DNA of 64,000 nucleotides from positions 2,046,001-2,110,000 of the forward strand of contig MU054323.1 of the NCBI GenBank assembly GCA_013239625.1, in the 5' to 3' direction. Each line of letters opens with the position of its first letter. Within the stretch, counting starts at the first letter, position 1. This DNA is from Lama guanicoe. Taxonomy: Eukaryota. This document shows positions 62,643 through 64,000 of this stretch, piece by piece. The notes under the pieces were generated by a model. That model ran no database searches. It was not told where the DNA came from and saw only the letters and a program-made list of their open reading frames with translations. A program made the translations under genes and the position numbers.

Positions 62643-63399
62643 AATGATGCTTGCAGGCCACTTAACCTCTTTGAGTCTGCTTTCCCTAACTAGGAATAAC
62701 ACTGCTACAGCCACGAACAGCAGCTGCTTTTGCCTCTCTGGTGTTTCTTCGACATCTGATAACACAGCTCCTCCTTCCTGTGTGCAAGACATTCCGCGTG
62801 GTTCAGATGGCACTGACCAGAAGGGTGGTACTGTCACCCAAGCTGGCCTGGCTGATGGACAAAGGCCATTTTCCCGGCTATGGTTTTGCACAGATGGGTG
62901 TATGTTCCCAGCATCTGTAAGATTAGATCAGGGTGCTGTGGGTGAGGGTGGCTTGGAGAAGCCCCGGCTGGCAGGGCCATGGGGGCTGGAGGCTGTCAGC
63001 AGCCAGCTTGCAAAATAGGAAGGCAGTTTCTTCGAGGATGAAGCCAAGGAGAGGCAGGCAGAGCAGAGACAGTGGCCTCAAGAAACAGCGGGCTTTGCAC
63101 TCTGTCTGTTAGTAAGGACTGGCTGAGTGTGAGCCGAGGCAAACAAGATCTGGGGAATTAACTGGAGGACTGATAAGGAGAGAGAGAGACAGAGGAGCCA
63201 GAGAGACAGAATTCTCTGTCCTGGATGCCATCCTTCAGCTTCTGCTTGTCAAAGTCCTGTTCATCCTTCAAACCCTCATTCGAGGATTTTTTTGCACCCT
63301 CTCACTTTCTCAGGCTGAATGGCTCACGATTCCCTCATGACCAGGGTACCAGGTTGAGACTTGATCACACCCCTACCATGACAAATCCCAGTTGTCTGT

Positions 63400-63791
63400 T
63401 GTGTTAGTCATCCAGAGCTGCCGTCACAAAATACCACAGACCGTGTGGCTCACACAGCAGAAGTTTACTTTCTCGCAGGTCTGGAGCCTCGAAGTCCAAG
63501 ATCGGGGCGTCAGCAGGCTTGGCTTCCCTTGAGGCCTCTCTCCTTGGCTTGCAGACAGCCGTCACCTCACTGGGTGTTTACAGGGCTTTCCTGTGCCTAT
63601 GGCGTCTGTGACCTCCTCTTCTTACAAGGTTACCAACCATATTGGATTATGGACACACATACAGCACCATCTTGACTTAATCACCTCTTCGAAGGCCCTA
63701 TCTCCAAATACAGTCACGTTCTAAGGAACTGCATGGCCTTAAGGCTTCCATGTATGAATTTGGGCGTGGTGGTTAAATTTAGCCCATAACA
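63400..63791 (-). mobile_element. MLT1B-like solo LTR, full length
   Basis: TG...CA ends; 'caaaataccacagac...gaagtccaagatc...ttaatcacctcttcgaaggccctatctccaaatacagtcac...gcccataaca'; 5-bp TSD tctgt/cctgt. Confidence 0.88.
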
Positions 63792-64000
63792 CCTGTTTAC
63801 CTGCCTATTTTCTCCGCCAAGTTTCTTGAGGTTACTTGAAGCTGCTTTGAAAATGCTTGATGAACAAAGAAAAGAAAGAATGAGTGAGTAAATGAAAAAT
63901 ACTGTCCTGGCCCAGGACAAGACAGACCTTGCATTTGTCCACAGTGGTCGCTTCCCTAGTCCCGCCTCCCCCAGTGGATCTCAGAGACCCTTGTGAGCTG

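Noticed and set aside
1..64000. Host gene or locus identity, and a novel multi-gene system
   Set aside because: No spliced coding exons or RNA genes were recognised. The sequence is explained by mammalian repeats plus unique non-coding DNA, and locus assignment needs alignment.

Overview
Mammalian non-coding DNA (intergenic or deep intronic), most likely cetartiodactyl and probably camelid, judged from recalled L1 3'UTR sequence and the absence of recognisable Alu, B1/B2, BovB/Bov-A or PRE1 elements. I found no host protein-coding gene, tRNA or rRNA. The only convincing CDS is an uninterrupted 1265-aa LINE-1 ORF2 (16233-20030, minus strand). It lies in a young 5'-truncated L1 that also keeps the C-terminal part of ORF1, a ~400-bp inter-ORF spacer and a perfect 14-bp target-site duplication (TSD). 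That L1 is the innermost layer of a three-level nest: a MER20, interrupted by an older L1 carrying a 3' transduction, interrupted by the young L1. The rest is ancient MIR, L2, MLT1, MER5/MER20 and L1M fragments, several structurally informative L1 insertions (twin-primed inversions, opposite-strand replacements, a captured fragment, a perfected hairpin), a near-consensus CTCF site and repeat-poor enhancer-like blocks at about 45-50 kb. The most intriguing hypothesis is a splice acceptor plus a strong-Kozak 73-codon ORF in the L1 spacer whose stop overlaps the start of ORF2. Repeat subfamily names come from recalled consensus sequences, and boundaries of old repeats are approximate.
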